Positions 36,501-49,610 are shown, counted from the stretch's first letter. The stretch: 64,000 nt of DNA from Klebsormidium nitens (GCA_000708835.1 DF237470.1:1-64000), one strand, 5' to 3'. The notes: generated from the letters alone by a model not told the origin. Numbers and translations are program-made.

Positions 36501-37211
36501 CTACAAAGTTGCACAACCTGAAACTGAGCTTCGGGACAAGACATGAGAACGCTGAACCTTCCCTTTGTTAGTCCATCTGATTCAGGGCCAACCAAGACTG
36601 GATTATCCGAACGTTTGTCAGAAAGGCTGCGCCAGTCCTCCCAAAAAGTCCTCTCCCTATGCTCGCTTGTGGAGGCGCGGGCTTCTAAGAAATCCATATT
36701 TAAATCTATGAGCAGAATGCTCAAGGATGTGTCATCCAGCTCGCTTGCAGTTTTGCTCTTTGAACCGCAATCTTGGACACCTTCGAACAATAATCTCGCA
36801 CTCCCCACTCACAATTATGCTGCAGCTTTCTCTTTGGTGATTTGGCCACGTCTTTTGATCTTGGCGGCAGTTTACTGACTAAATCCACCGGCTCCGAATG
36901 ATCGAGACATCCGGCTTCTACTCAAACCCCAACCCCTAAACCCCAAACGCTGAACACTAGACCCTGATTCTGAACCCTGACGCCACATCTGAATCTTAAA
37001 ACCCCAACCCAAGGCGCGCCAAACCTCCCTGCAGGTGGTCGCGGTCGACGAAGGGTGTAAAAAGCTTGGCGAAGGCGACTTGCTACACGTGGCGCATCAT
37101 GGGGACCATCTGACAGTCAACGTGAACGATCTAGCGGGCGTTCTCGACCAAGCACGGATAATTCTGCAACGGGCACGTGACAGAGGGAAACAGTCGAGTT
37201 GGAGACGGTAG
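33544..37211 (+). CDS. Glycosyltransferase family 61 (DUF563-type), type II membrane protein (~527 aa)
   Basis: Exons 33544-34220, 35173-35902, 37035-37211 (phases 2 and 0, consistent). N-terminal TM segment (VAILLAILVGFYQAQWLV); GCDMNFFH; YFKRETTVRTLRN; GT61 signature FGMHGAGLTNAIF..PDAVVIEV; C-terminal DHLTVNVNDLAGVL. The donor/acceptor specificity (xylosyl-, arabinosyl- or O-GlcNAc transferase) cannot be called. Confidence 0.9.
36923..37012. repeat. Degenerate telomere-like (AAACCC(T/C)) tract in GT61 intron 2
   Basis: caaaccccaacccctaaaccccaaac...accctga..gaaccctga...taaaaccccaaccc, ending ~22 nt before the 37034 acceptor. Confidence 0.55.
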
Positions 37212-40200
37212 ACGGAGATTAGAGTAATGGCCTCACATAACCTAGTTCGCATGCGCTCGCGGCGACGTGCGTCCGTCCCCATCGTCTCGGAAGATGATTA
37301 CATCATTTTTTAATTCTAGACGGTAACAAGTGGCGTACACGTCCCCAATATCGGCCTAGGCTAAGATGCAAATATGTAGCCGCTCAGTAAGCCGCTGAGA
37401 ATTGTCAAAGTGTCTGATTTATGGTGTTTTTAGATCTTGAATCGTTGATCGTTGCAATTCAAGAACTTCCGTGCATAAGTGTAGATGTCGTTCAATGGAG
37501 TAACCAGGCTCCCTGCCCGTTGCCAAACTTCGGTAGCTAGTGACATTATTCGGCTAGTTAGGCCCGGGACTCGGAGCCAAACTTATTGCAATTTTATCTA
37601 CATTTGACTCGACAGTACAAGCTAATCACGCCGTGATGGTACGTGTTAACAGGTTGGCACTGATCGTCTTCAGGCTTACTAACCAATTTGCACCACGTAT
37701 TAAAAAAATTTGATGGTAAATTGACATGTGCGCCGGCACTGAGCCCACTCACCAGCTGTTAGGTCCATAGTATGGACGTGCACAATCATGATCCCGGCCG
37801 GTGTGTGATTATTTAACTACGCGTACAATCGAATGTCCTGACGCGCGGCGCCGGCGGAGCTTCATTTGAATTAGCCAATGAGAAAGTTGAGCGCGCCCGG
37901 CCGGCTCATTGAGCCCGGCATGGCGTAGTATGTGAGATATCATTTGACTCTTATGATCGTGATCTATGAGTCAATATTCGATGACTCAATATCATGCATC
38001 CGAGTCCAATCGGAGAGTTGGAGAGCCTCTAATGCATAATATGAAGTTGTCACCCCGTCCGATCAGTGAAACCGGTGGAGAAGTTAAATTTGGAGGAAAT
38101 ATAGATCAGACAAACAAGCAAGTACAGATCTACAGACAACTCGGCTTCTAGCTAGCTCATGGCGAAACACACGTACGAAGCTTGCCAGTGTGAGATTTGA
38201 TCTATAATATACCTAATCTCAAGCCTACACAATGATACACAAGCCTGGAAGCCTGTGCAAGCCCTCCGGTGAGCGACGCGCCCTCACTGTCAGGCCCGAG
38301 CGACGCCCTCAGCTAGGGAGCAAGCTCAGCTAGTAGGTACGGTACCGTAAATCGTACGCTCGAGCGGGCCGGCCGGAGACTCGTCACTTGGCAGGCTCCG
38401 ACCCAGGCCCGCGTCCGGTCGCACTGTGATTGGCAGAGCCTGAGATACCATAAGCATGTCAAGACCAATGCATACTCAAGGCAACTCATCCCGAATGTCA
38501 AGGTCGAGATAACCTGCCACACCTCTGGAGCACCAAGTTTCGCGGCGCCGTACATGATATGGATTTCCATGTTGTGCATTCAGCAAGCCACATAAGTCTT
38601 ACTGAGATTCAATCAGGTCAATACACTGTACTGTTCTTCATGCAATCGAAGAATCCTTTAGGGGTAGCAAGACAATCGTTGAAGCTTATTTGTCTTGCCG
38701 AGTAACCTCTATGCATGAAAATGTCATTGCCTAGAAACAAGCCTAAATAATGTAGCTCCAAAAGTCCTAGAAGTATACCCTTTTTCTGATCACTATGGAA
38801 ACGTGTTCCTGATCGCTACAGTAAGGTAGGGCTGCTGAGTACTTCTAGTGACAACGGACAAGAGCTGGCTGGGCTTGTTACAAGTGATGGCAAATGAGCA
38901 TGCAAAACGTATGCGAGAGAATTGAGAACTAGGATGCATGATGGCAAAGCAAAATAGAGTCAAATCACGTCACTATCTAACCAGCCAGCTTTTCAAGCAA
39001 GTCTTTGATGCTCTCTCAGAGCCTTGGCATTGATAAGTATCATACCTGTATGAAGGATGACGAGGAGTTGTCAGAAAGTGTTAATACCCGCAGCGCTCAG
39101 TGATGCCGAACCACAGTCTGTAAAAAGTTTTTACGCCGCAGCCAGCTCTTCTCCTTGGTGTCGACGGTGCTGTTGAGCGCAGAGAAGCTGGTTGCTGAAG
39201 TAGGACTTGGAAAAGAGAAAGACAATCTTCTCCTTTCTTGGAATATAGCCGTCCAGATTGACAAGCTGCCCGGAATGCCAAATACTGAAAACGGGGGTAA
39301 CGTTTTCCTACTTCGACGGCTTGAACGTCTTCTTTTCAGTCATTTGAGTGACGAGACGTGATCCCGAGGAGAGACAAAGCGTTTTCACCGTTTCACTTCT
39401 GAAAATGAAGGCGTCCAATTGGACAGGTCCTTATCCAATGAACCAACTTTGGTGGCGTCTGATCTTGAGTCAACTAGACTGGGTTTAAAAGTTGATAAAA
39501 TCCGGGGAATCATAACCGTCGAATGAATTGCAATCGAACGGTACCAGAGTGTTAATCCGTCTGGACACGTGTCTGACCGTCCTTGCTGTTCCGGGCCGGA
39601 CGTCCGGATGGAGTCACCGCGGGTGAATCCGCTTTAGGTGCAGAACGGACGCCTGCGAGAATGACGAAGTACAATTATTGTGGCTGCTGGTCACTGAGTG
39701 CGACGCGCGCGCGTCCAGGCGGCCGGCGAGGGGCGAGTCGGTGCGGCACTAGCTGGAGATACCGTGACCGGTCCGAGTTCTGACCGGTCATCATTCCCCG
39801 CTTGTAATATAAAGCTAACCGACCGAATTTCCTGCAGAAGCTAACAAATTGTTTACCGGTGTTTGAACCCGGTACGATCGCCGGAAGCTTAGCCGTGACG
39901 CCGTCGTACCGTAATATCGTACTCCCACTGACGTGGGAAAGTAAATGCGTCCGCCGAGGCGGACTTCGGAGCAAGTCGGAGCGCATGACGGCATGACGAA
40001 AGGCGTGAGTCTAGAATGGCCGCATTGCATGCATAAATTGGTGCTGTAGCAGTCCAGCGAGTCTGCGGCCCTTTTGTCGGTTCCTGCACTGCCCAAAATG
40101 ATACAAACAGATAATATTGCACCGCCGGGTCGCCTAGTGGTTTCAGTCTTCCGACCGCTGCTTGCGTGAGCTGGCTATCTTGTGGGCCTGTGGCGCGTCA

Positions 40201-40573
40201 CCACTACTACGCCTGTGTACTAGTAGGTTCAATCAGAAACAGACTGTACGGTGCAATTCTCCGAGCTAGGGGCAACTTTTTCTGGTCTCCGAAGCTTTCG
40301 GTCGTAGCGTTTGGCCATGATCAATATAGTCGTCTGAAGGAGAGTGCTCATGCTCTGTGGATCTACTCCTGACTTGTTCGCTTTGGAACAGCTGACATAA
40401 ATAATTAAGTACTCTCTCAGCCGTGACTTCCGAGCTAAGAAGACAATCCTCCGACAGCGAGCTCTGCCTCAGCTCTGCTCACTTTAAAAGCTTTGATATG
40501 CAGTGATACTTGCAGCTTGCAGCGTCTCTCATTTATTCCTTCTTGCACTGCCAAGCCCGCGCTCCTCTTTCCA

Positions 40574-43500
40574 ATGTCTCCTTTCGACGTCGAGTCCGCG
40601 GCGGTGCTGGCAGGTCAGCTTGGAGCTCCCGAGCGGAACGGCGCTGCTCTGATTGACGCACACATGTTATCCGGAGACTCCATCAACGAGATGGCTGTGG
40701 CGGAAAGTGTCAAGCAGCATCAGAAAACGTATGACCTTCTGGCCCAGAAGGTGACTTACAAGGTGAGTTGCTTGGTTACTGTCTTTGGTGACCGCGCTCT
40801 GTAGGTCAGCCCGTTGAGCTTGGTCTGGGCAGGCTTTTGATTCTCGAATGTGCTTCAGTGTGTGCTCTTCTTTGGCCTCACCGCTATCAAAGCGGTGTGC
40901 GGCGTATTTGTCAAGAAGCAGACAGTAAGCAGAAGCCCTGAGCACCAGTACTAGGTCAGCTGGGTTTGTTAAACAAGACTCTGCCGTAAGTGAATCTAAC
41001 GTCAAACCCCAGTAGTCCAGGCTTGTGCATAAACGGCCATAGAACAACGTTCTTTTCTACAGCCGCCCTCAACTCTTAGCATTATATATTTCAGTGACTC
41101 AGTGAAGTTGAATAGACTCATCAATGCGTGAGTCGAGCCTTTGAGAAACCCCCGAAAAAAGTTTCTATTAAGTAACCCTAGCTGCTCTGAATAATGGGGA
41201 TATCGTACTTGTGATGAGAGCTGGTTCACCTCGGTGCGTCCTCTTAAGAGTCTGTTCGATAAAGTTCGCAAAACCACCAGCATTCAGTTGCAGATCAAGT
41301 CAAAAGAAAAGGACTGACCTCACAGGGTCACCCGCAGTAAGCTTTTCATTCAAATCCGCCTAGCTCGCCACTTCCACAAGCATATTCCGGCCTCCCTTGT
41401 ATGAATAACAAACAACCAGAACGAAGCTCGCCTTTGTCAGATCACAGGCTCAAATAAACTGCTGACCCGCTCTTCTCCATTCAAGCAGATCGGATCAAAG
41501 ACCGCGGAGGGCTCCCGCCAGAAGATCCTTCTGAATGACGTCAGCACGGTCGCCCGCCACGGCGAAATCCTTGCGGTGGTGGGACCCTCAGGCGCCGGGA
41601 AATCGACGTTCCTGGATGCCATCAGCGGGCGCATCGACGGCTCTGATTTGGAGGGCGGCTTCCTCGTCAATGGAGCGCCGATGGATGCAAGCTTCCGTAG
41701 ACTGTCGGGGTATGTGATGCAGGTACGTCCGGGGCTGCAAGGCCGACCGTTAAGGAGTTAAGGTTCTCGTGTGTTCCGTTTAAGGAGCACTTCAGCATCT
41801 TCGTGTTGTTGAATCAAATGTTGCGGTCCTGGATTTCTGTTCTGTTCGAAGACGTCGAGTCGCAAACTTCGTACATAAAGGCTTCAAAAGGACAATGTGT
41901 TCTCAAGGAAGTTTATACCTGTAGCAGGAACAGATCTCGGCTCAAAGTCCAACTTGTTTCCTTGTAGGCAAAATCTTATATCCTCACTCCGTGGCTCTTG
42001 GCCTCCTTGCACAAAACTTTCATCAGCTCAACGTCTCTTCACGAGAGCGAAGCGAGTCTTAGGCGCATAATCTGAAGATGCACAGGACTTACTGCTAACC
42101 AGGCTGCCTGCCAAACTTCCTAGAGTCTCCGGTTATTCCACAAATGACCCGGCTTTCACCTGTTCCCAAGGATGGTTACGCCCACCTGTACACCGTTATA
42201 GGACACATAACCGTCTTTCTAAGAAACCCATAACCGTCCCTTAAACATCCCATAACCATCCCATACCAGCCCAAACCATCCTGGTTCACATGAAGGACCA
42301 AAAAAATCAAAATTGACCTACTTTTTGCAGGACGATCAGCTGTACCCGCTTCTGTCAGTGCGCGAGACGCTTATGTTCAGCGCGCGCCTGCGACTGCCCA
42401 GCAGCATGAGCGCCGCAGAGAAGGCCGCGCGCGTCGAGAAGACGATTGCGGAGCTCGGACTGGCCAGCTGTGCGGACACGCGCATCGGGAATGAGAGCGT
42501 GAGTCTGTCGAGTTCGTTGAGTCTTTTGATGACTGCCTTTTCTGAAGGGACTTTTCCGGAGTCATGGAAAATTCTACGCTGCAGGTGTTGGAAACGCGTA
42601 TTGGGAATGAGAACGTGGGAATCTGTTGGTCAGTGCCTGTTCTGAGTGCAAGGTTTCGGATTGGAGGGGACCGTTTGCTGAAAGTGCTGAAAGCAGCAGT
42701 GGCCGAGAACAAAAGCTTTGCAGAAGGTATCAGAGGAGCTGGCAGGAAAGCGCACTGTAAAACGTACACTTAAACATCAGCAGTAGCTCATTCGGTAATC
42801 AAACGGTGGGCTCTTAACCGAATACTAGGCCCTGTCGCCAAATCGAAGAGTCGTCTGATGTGATGTCTGTGAACCTTGAGAGAGTGCAAAATCTCGACGA
42901 AACACGTTCAAAGAGCCTTCAAAGATCACGTTCTTGCGGACTTGTCTTCCTAAACGGCGCATGCTTTCCCATAATCACTCGTAAGGGACGCTCCCTTCAG
43001 AGTTCCAAAACAGATGACAGGGCGGCTTCCAGCTTGAGCTCATTCCTTCAACCGGAAAGTGGAAGCAACTCCTCCTTCTGAACTAGACAGCTTTTCTCTG
43101 CTGGTATAGGCGCGCGGGATCTCCGGAGGCGAGAAGCGACGTGTGTCCATCGGCGTTGACCTGATCCACGATCCATCAGTGCTGTGAGCGTTTTCCTGAA
43201 ATATACTGCAATCGACAGACATATCCCATGCATTGCGTGGCAGTGCTTACTTCTACCCATTGGCCGGGGCTTCTTAGAGCTCCGCTCGCGTCTCTTCCTC
43301 CCTTCGCCCTTGCTCCTGATTATGTTCACTGGAATCGTTTCCGGCAGATCTTGATGTATCCCGCGTTTTCCTGCCACGACTCTGAGACCGCTCGTCCTTT
43401 CTCTATCGCACAATCTCACGAATCAAACACGGTCTTGCTAAGTCGTTTCTTTACCCCTCACAGCTCCCCCCGTCTTGTCGGCATTAACCAATGTGCTATC

Positions 43501-46500
43501 TAGGTAAAGTGTCCCAGGTTTTTGGACGAGCCGACCTCGGGCCTAGACTCCACGGCCGCGCTCAACGTGGTGCAAACCCTGCACACCATGGCGCGCGCGC
43601 GCGGCCGCACGATCGTGCTTACCATCCACCAGCCCAGCTTCAGGTGGGCTCACCTGTTGCAGTTATATCGAGCGTGTGTGGGCTTCTTCCCGCTTTCCCC
43701 TGCTTAAACTTAGACCCAAGTATCTGCTCCGGATCTCCTTTTGTATGCTGCTTCTTCAGCTTTATCTGCGTACGATTTTGAGGCTCACCTTCTGTAATAT
43801 TACGTGCTGTTTCACCTGAGTGCCTTGATTTCTATGCGCTGCCAACCTTGGTCCCGGAAGACCCAATTTGACATCAAGAAATTCTACGCTCTTGTCCATC
43901 TTTCCGTTTCATTCCTGCCTACGCTGCCATCTGCTTCCATTCAACTGTTCAAAAGAAGAACTTGAAGACGGCAACAAGAAAGCATAACCAGTTCTGGAAC
44001 GTGAACCGCGCTGACCGCCAAACTCCGAGTGATACTTCCGATGATGATCTTCCCAAATCTTTAGTCACACTCTCCGCTTGCTTGATCGTCCAGGCTTTTG
44101 GCGCTCATCGACCGCCTTCTGCTTCTGGCCCGGGGCAGCCCGGTGTACCACGGCCCGACGGCCGGCCTCGGCGACCATTTCCGCCGTTTCGGCAGGCACG
44201 TGGTCGCCCACGTGAACCAACTCGAGTTCGCCCTGGACGTCATTGAGGAGCTGGAGCAGAGCCCGGAAGGGATCGAACCTTTGGTTGCATTCTCAGTAAG
44301 CTGACGTCTGTATCTTTCTCTCACTTTGACATTGACCGAAGTTCCTCTTCTTGACTTGGGTGGTCTTTTTCGTCGTCCGAAATCGGTCCGGAGGCAGTCC
44401 TTTTGATGTCCACTATCACACTCGATTCCCTCGCTTCTCTCCTTATCTCTCAAATCGTCTTCTGTGATGTGGGTCCATCAAATGGCTAATTGCTGGTCTT
44501 TCCGGAAAACAGTTTCACTTTATGCCTGATGAGTACTCTCGTGATCGTCCGGTTGGTTCGTGAATCTCTGAGCCACTGACGTCTTGGGTCACTGAGCGCA
44601 CTGAGTTTCTCATCCCTTTTGGCTCCGGCGCTACTAGCGATCCCAAAACTCGTCACCACCAGGTTTTGAAGGTGTTATCGCTGTCGAGCTTTTGGTAGAA
44701 AAAGCAGACGGTTGGCAGCTCGCAACACTTGACTTTATACCTATCCGTTCGTCGATCAACGCCAGAAGATCCACCCCTTTCTTCAACCGCAGCGCGCACA
44801 GCTGGAGGCCGCGGGGCCCCTCGCGCGCGCCGCGGCCGCGCCGTCCGCGCTCGGCCGGCCGCGCGCGGACAAGTTCGCGACCTCGTTCGCGTCGCAGCTG
44901 TGGGTCCTGTGCGACCGCGGCGCGCGCAATACTCTGCGCACCAAAGAGCTCTTCACCGCGCGGCTGGTGATCCTGTGCACGTCGAGCTTCATCCTGGGAT
45001 CGCTCTTCTTCCGCATAGGCTATACGCCGTTCGGCGTCCAGGCGCGGGTGTCGTATATCATATTCGTCATCTCGAGCATCCTGTTCACGTCGACGCAGAC
45101 GCTGCCGGTGTTCCTGGAGGAGCGGCTGGTGAGCGCTCGCGCGTGCGCGCCCTACTGGTCGTTTTTTCAGGCCTCTTTTAAAACTTTGATAAAATTCACA
45201 GAGAAGTTGATGAAGATAAAAAGGATCCAGGTTTTCACCATTTCAGAAAATTCACGAGCTTGCAAAAGGACATAATGAAGATGGGAGTGCGTTCTGCGAA
45301 GGGCAGAAATTAGCACAAAGAGGAGTCTTGAGACGTAGACGAGCGAATATTGCGTCCGTAATCTCAATGACGGAAGGAAAGATGCTGTTTTCTTTTAGAC
45401 GTGTTTCTGATATCAGTCGTATCAGTAGGACTATTTGCAGTGCACTATTTACAATCTCCATTTAACGACGTTAAATAACCACCTAACCGTCTTTCAAGGT
45501 GACCTTCTTTGTTGTTTGCCTACAAGACAAAGTTTCCGACGCTTCTATGTACCTGAGTATTTCTTGCACGAAGCCTTTGGGTCCGGGTGACTGCACGGTT
45601 TCGTCGGCTGCGCTTCAAATTCCGCATTCCAAGCGCTTTGACATCGTTGAACTTCTCAGCTCGTCGATGCGACCATCGTCATCGAATCATCACCGCAACA
45701 CATTTGCTAACAGAAAAAGAAGAGTGCCTTTGCCGTTTGTCTTGCTCCGCACAGTCTGAGCGAACCGGCTGCAATAAGCATTTGCTTGCCTTCCTGCCAC
45801 TTACCGGCCCTGAATCTTCTGTTACTCTAAAATTCTCAAAGGAAGTGTTTTTGCTTGGTAACCCGACTGATTTGCAGACTTGAGTCACTCGTTACTGGGC
45901 AAATAATCCGGCTTCAATCCTGTCGCAAGGCTGGCAAACCGCCCATAACCGCCCATAACCGCCCACGTCCGCTTACTGCACATCTAATCACTTCTTCATT
46001 AGCACACAGCCAGCCCATAAGCAGCCAAGGTAAAGGTCCAAAACATTCTGTTGCTTCGTCCGCAGATCTTTGTCCGCGAGACGTCCCGCGGTGCGTACCG
46101 GACGTCCGCGTTTGTCGTGGCGCAGCAGCTGGTGTACGCGCCCTTCTTCCTGCTCCTCGCCGTCGCATTCTGCGCCATCTCCTACTTCATGGTACGCGCC
46201 GGCACGCGCGCGCGCCTCCCCCGGCGCTCTCTCTTAATCTGGTCGGCACGGGCGTTCTTCTCGGACAATGATGCATGCAACAGACAATTGGTCCCAATTT
46301 TAGTTTGAATGAGGGTTATGTTTGAGTCACGTAACTGTAAAGCAAGTCCTTGTTTGAGTCGCTGTTCCAGCGCGTGCTCCTGCTTGAATTACTTACACTA
46401 AACTACTGTCGAGGATGTGGAAGCCGGTCAGACATGATCATGGCCTTCTGAAACGGAACAAGCAGCTTGAACGTGGACGTTCATTTTCTCAACCAGAACA

Positions 46501-48243
46501 AAGAAAAGACGGGTTGTTTCAGCGATAGAGGGTCTTGAACAGCGAGAATTCAAGCAGCAGATGAACATACGCTATTTGAACAGGGCAGCTATTGTACTGC
46601 TGCTCCTTTGTCAATACCAGCACCAAACCCTCGGTCACCCAAACAGGAGCCGCACCGTCCCTATCTGACCCTTCCGTTCCGGTTCCGTGAAGAGCAGGTG
46701 GGCATGGCGGCCGGAACGGAGCACCCTCTATTACTATAAAACCAAACGGCACCGTCCCTGTCTGACCCTTCCGTTCCGGTTCCGCTGACTGCAGGTGGGC
46801 ATGGCGGCCGGAACGGAGCCGTTCCTCTTCTTCGTCCTCTCGGTGTGGCTGGTCCTCATCGTGGCGAACACGTTTGTGCTCTTCTGGGGCGCGGTTGTGC
46901 CGAACGTCATCAGAGGAAACATCCTGGTCTTCTACGCCACCGCCTACTTCTGGCTGCTCTCCGGCTTTTTCACACCGCTGTGAGCGCGCACCCCTTTGGT
47001 TGTGTAATTTTTTTTCCGAGGGAACGGTCTTCTCCACTACGGCCTACTTCTGGCTGCTCTAGTCCGGCCTTTTTCACACCGCTGTGAGCGCGCATCCTTT
47101 TGGTCGTGTGAAACCGGGCCTTCCGAAGGAACGGCATTTTCAATTACGGCCTACTTCTGGCTGCTTTCCGACTTTTCACAACGCTGTGAGCGCGCACCCC
47201 CTTGGTTGTGTTAAAACTTCCGTAGGAACCGGTGGCTATTGCTACCCTCTGCTGGTTCCGTTAGTGTTCGGGTAGGCGTTGAACACAGCGCTTCGGACTT
47301 AGATAAGCGTAGAACGGGTATGGAAGCTCCTTGAAGAACCATCAGACGGTTCTTCTTCGCGATGCTATGCATTCCACGGAAGTTCGGTTTTCTGGCACCC
47401 TTGGAAGGAGATTTCACACCGTTCATCTTCTTTGCCAAGAAGTTTTCGGCATGTGATTGGCTGTTCTCGTTTCCCACGCTTTCTCGAATTCGACTTCATC
47501 CAATCCAGAAGCCGGCCTTGATGTGAGCACCTAATCTGGTTTGCCTCCATCTAAAACTAAAATAATCCAACGAAGGTCACTCGACCAAGATTCCGCAACG
47601 CTGGTGCATCATAGGAGGATTGAACCACTACTTGGACATTTGGAAGAGAAGGGGAAGTTACGAACATCCAGAGGCCTTGATGCCCTTTCTATTCACAAGT
47701 AGCTGGTTGTGGTTCGCTTCGACGTCCTTCAACCCAGATACTTGTTAAACCTAGCCAACGTTGCTCAGTATGCGAGCTTTTTGTCGGCGTAAAGTCCCCG
47801 CCTGACCCTTTTATCATCCGCTCCCCCAGGCAAACTATTCCCTGGTATTGGATCTAGCTACATCACATTTTCACAGTTTGCAAGGTCGTTTACTTCCATA
47901 ACCTTTCCGTCTGACCCCCCTTATTTTTCGCCGTCATCCCAGGCAAACCATTCCATGGTACTGGATCTGGGCGCACTACATCTCCACGTTCAAGTACCCG
48001 CTGGAGATGTTGCTCGAGAACGAGTTCCATGCGCCCGGGGTAACGAACCGGTGCTTCGACGGTGTAAATGACGGCCTGGTTACACCTAACTGTACTTTAA
48101 CCCCGGGGGACATCCTCGGGGGGCTCAAAGCCGGGGGAGTGCATAAGTGGGTGAACACGGGGATCTACGTCGCGTTTTTCTTTGCGTATAGCTTCTTCTT
48201 TTACTTGATGCTGCTCAGGCAGACAAACAAGACTAGGAAGTGA
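40574..48243 (+). CDS. ABCG: ABC transporter G family, half-size (NBD-TMD, WBC type), ~646 aa
   Basis: Exons 40574-40762, 41489-41722, 42331-42498, 43110-43183, 43518-43643, 44094-44295, 44793-45128, 46066-46191, 46795-46979, 47943-48243 (1941 nt, phases consistent). Walker [10 protein letters not shown]; Q-loop GYVMQDD; signature [12 protein letters not shown]; Walker [13 protein letters not shown]; H-loop TIHQPS; TMD with FLEERL-IFVRE and [17 protein letters not shown]. Confidence 0.96.
46652..47215 (+). repeat. Local tandem copies of both ABCG exon-9 splice junctions
   Basis: Acceptor plus the first ~25 exon nt duplicated (46652-46722 vs 46749-46819, period 97). The last ~55 exon nt plus the GTGAGC donor occur three times (GT at 46980, 47084, 47186). 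Confidence 0.92.
47800..47975 (+). repeat. Decayed duplicate of the ABCG exon-10 acceptor and exon start
   Basis: cccccag|GCAAACTATTCCCTGGTATTGGATCTAG (AG at 47828-47829) vs cccag|GCAAACCATTCCATGGTACTGGATCTGG (AG at 47941-47942). The copy carries an in-frame TAG. Confidence 0.88.
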
Positions 48244-48585
48244 GACTCGGTGGATGAGTTGGGAAGCAGTCTAAGGAAGTACGAAAAGATACTGGAACAT
48301 TGGAGAGGACGATTGCCGCTAGAAGCATACACAGCAGTCAGTCTTTGTACAAGCCATCCAGTGACCATTACATCCTAGTCTTTACAAAGTAGCTGACGGG
48401 CGTACTCGCTAGACTAGTACTAGGGCTGGACTATATTCTCAGCATACACCTGTGGCCGTTTGCTAAAGTTGTGACTTGTAGCTTCTCCTTGTAAAACTCC
48501 TTCGAGCTCACTTTGTTTGATTAGTAGGATCTCATCATAATTGGCTTCCTTCGAAACCTTTCAAAAGACCATAGGAGCTCTCCCT

Positions 48586-49610
48586 TCAAATTGTCGGATT
48601 CGGTTTCCATTTGCAGTACGTGACGTGCTCGTTGATACAGCTGAAGCTTGTCAACATTTTAGTTGGCTTGCAAAATGTGTCTAGGCAATTGGCCCGCACA
48701 GTTCTCGAACCGTTTTGATATATATGATGATCCCGTGGTGCTGGATGCCGTGCGTTTGACTTTTTGATGCTGGCATGATTGGGCTGAATCCGCAGCGCGC
48801 GGGTGGATGCGCGCTGACCAGCGCGCGCGGGGTGAGTTTCGGGTCCACAATCCAGCCTCTCTAGTCCAGCAAATAATAAGACTACTGCGAAGCTCCCGTC
48901 TGCAGATTCTAGCATTTCTTCGGCGTTCTGAAAACGCACACTGACAATGTCTGACCTGCACCTTAGAGTGACAAGACGCGTCTGAAAGCTCTGGTTGATC
49001 ATCCGCTGGAATCAATAAATCTAAAGCCCAGGCCAGAGAGAAACCGCAGTAGCTGCACTTTGTAGAGATTCTCCTGGCAGTAGCCGCCGCTCCGGGCAGC
49101 GGCGACGGGACGGGGCTCAAAAAGTTGCCGGAGGCACAACTGCCGCCGGTCATCGTCCCGAAGCAGCCGCACCAGTGCCGGTCTTGGCGCACTGGGCTGG
49201 GGGTAGCGGGGGCAGACTGCAAGTGTCAAGAACGGGATGCGTGACGTCAGGGCTACAGCCTTTGACACCGCAGGAGGCTTGTTGTTATGAAGGAAACAAA
49301 AAGTGCCCTCAGCGAAGGGAACAAGTACGAGCTGGACTATGTGGATGTATACCGTTGCCTCCTCCTGATCCTCCCAACAGTGAACCCTTGAGGTCTGGTG
49401 CTGCGTGGACATGATGAGAAGTTTCTGAACATAGTGCAGCCCAATTCGAAGCTTCTTCTTAAGGTCTGTACCTCGGTCTGTACAACTTATCCAGGATGAC
49501 GCCCCCGATAAGTTAAGGAAAGAAAGATTGAGGGCATGATCCTCGTGGCCATCCGGTTCCATCCGGTTACTCCGTTTCCCTGAGCTGGTCCCGGAATGTT
49601 GAGTCATCAA
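48586..49610 (-). other. Orphan coding-like region (overlapping 138-203 aa ORFs), identity unresolved
   Basis: ORFs 48999-49610 and 48659-49222 share a GC-rich block bounded by a plausible acceptor (cttgcag, ~49221) and donor (AAG|GTGCAG, ~48962). There is a faint resemblance to arylamine N-acetyltransferase motifs (DLKKKLRIGL; RSGGYCQEN..LGF). Confidence 0.25.

Noticed and set aside
38300-40140. Short coding-looking ORFs (38313-38579, 39081-39361, 39675-39986)
   Set aside because: No recognisable motif and no phase-consistent exon chain.
44525-44560. CTGATGAG, a possible hammerhead ribozyme core
   Set aside because: No stem II followed by GAAA and no flanking stems.
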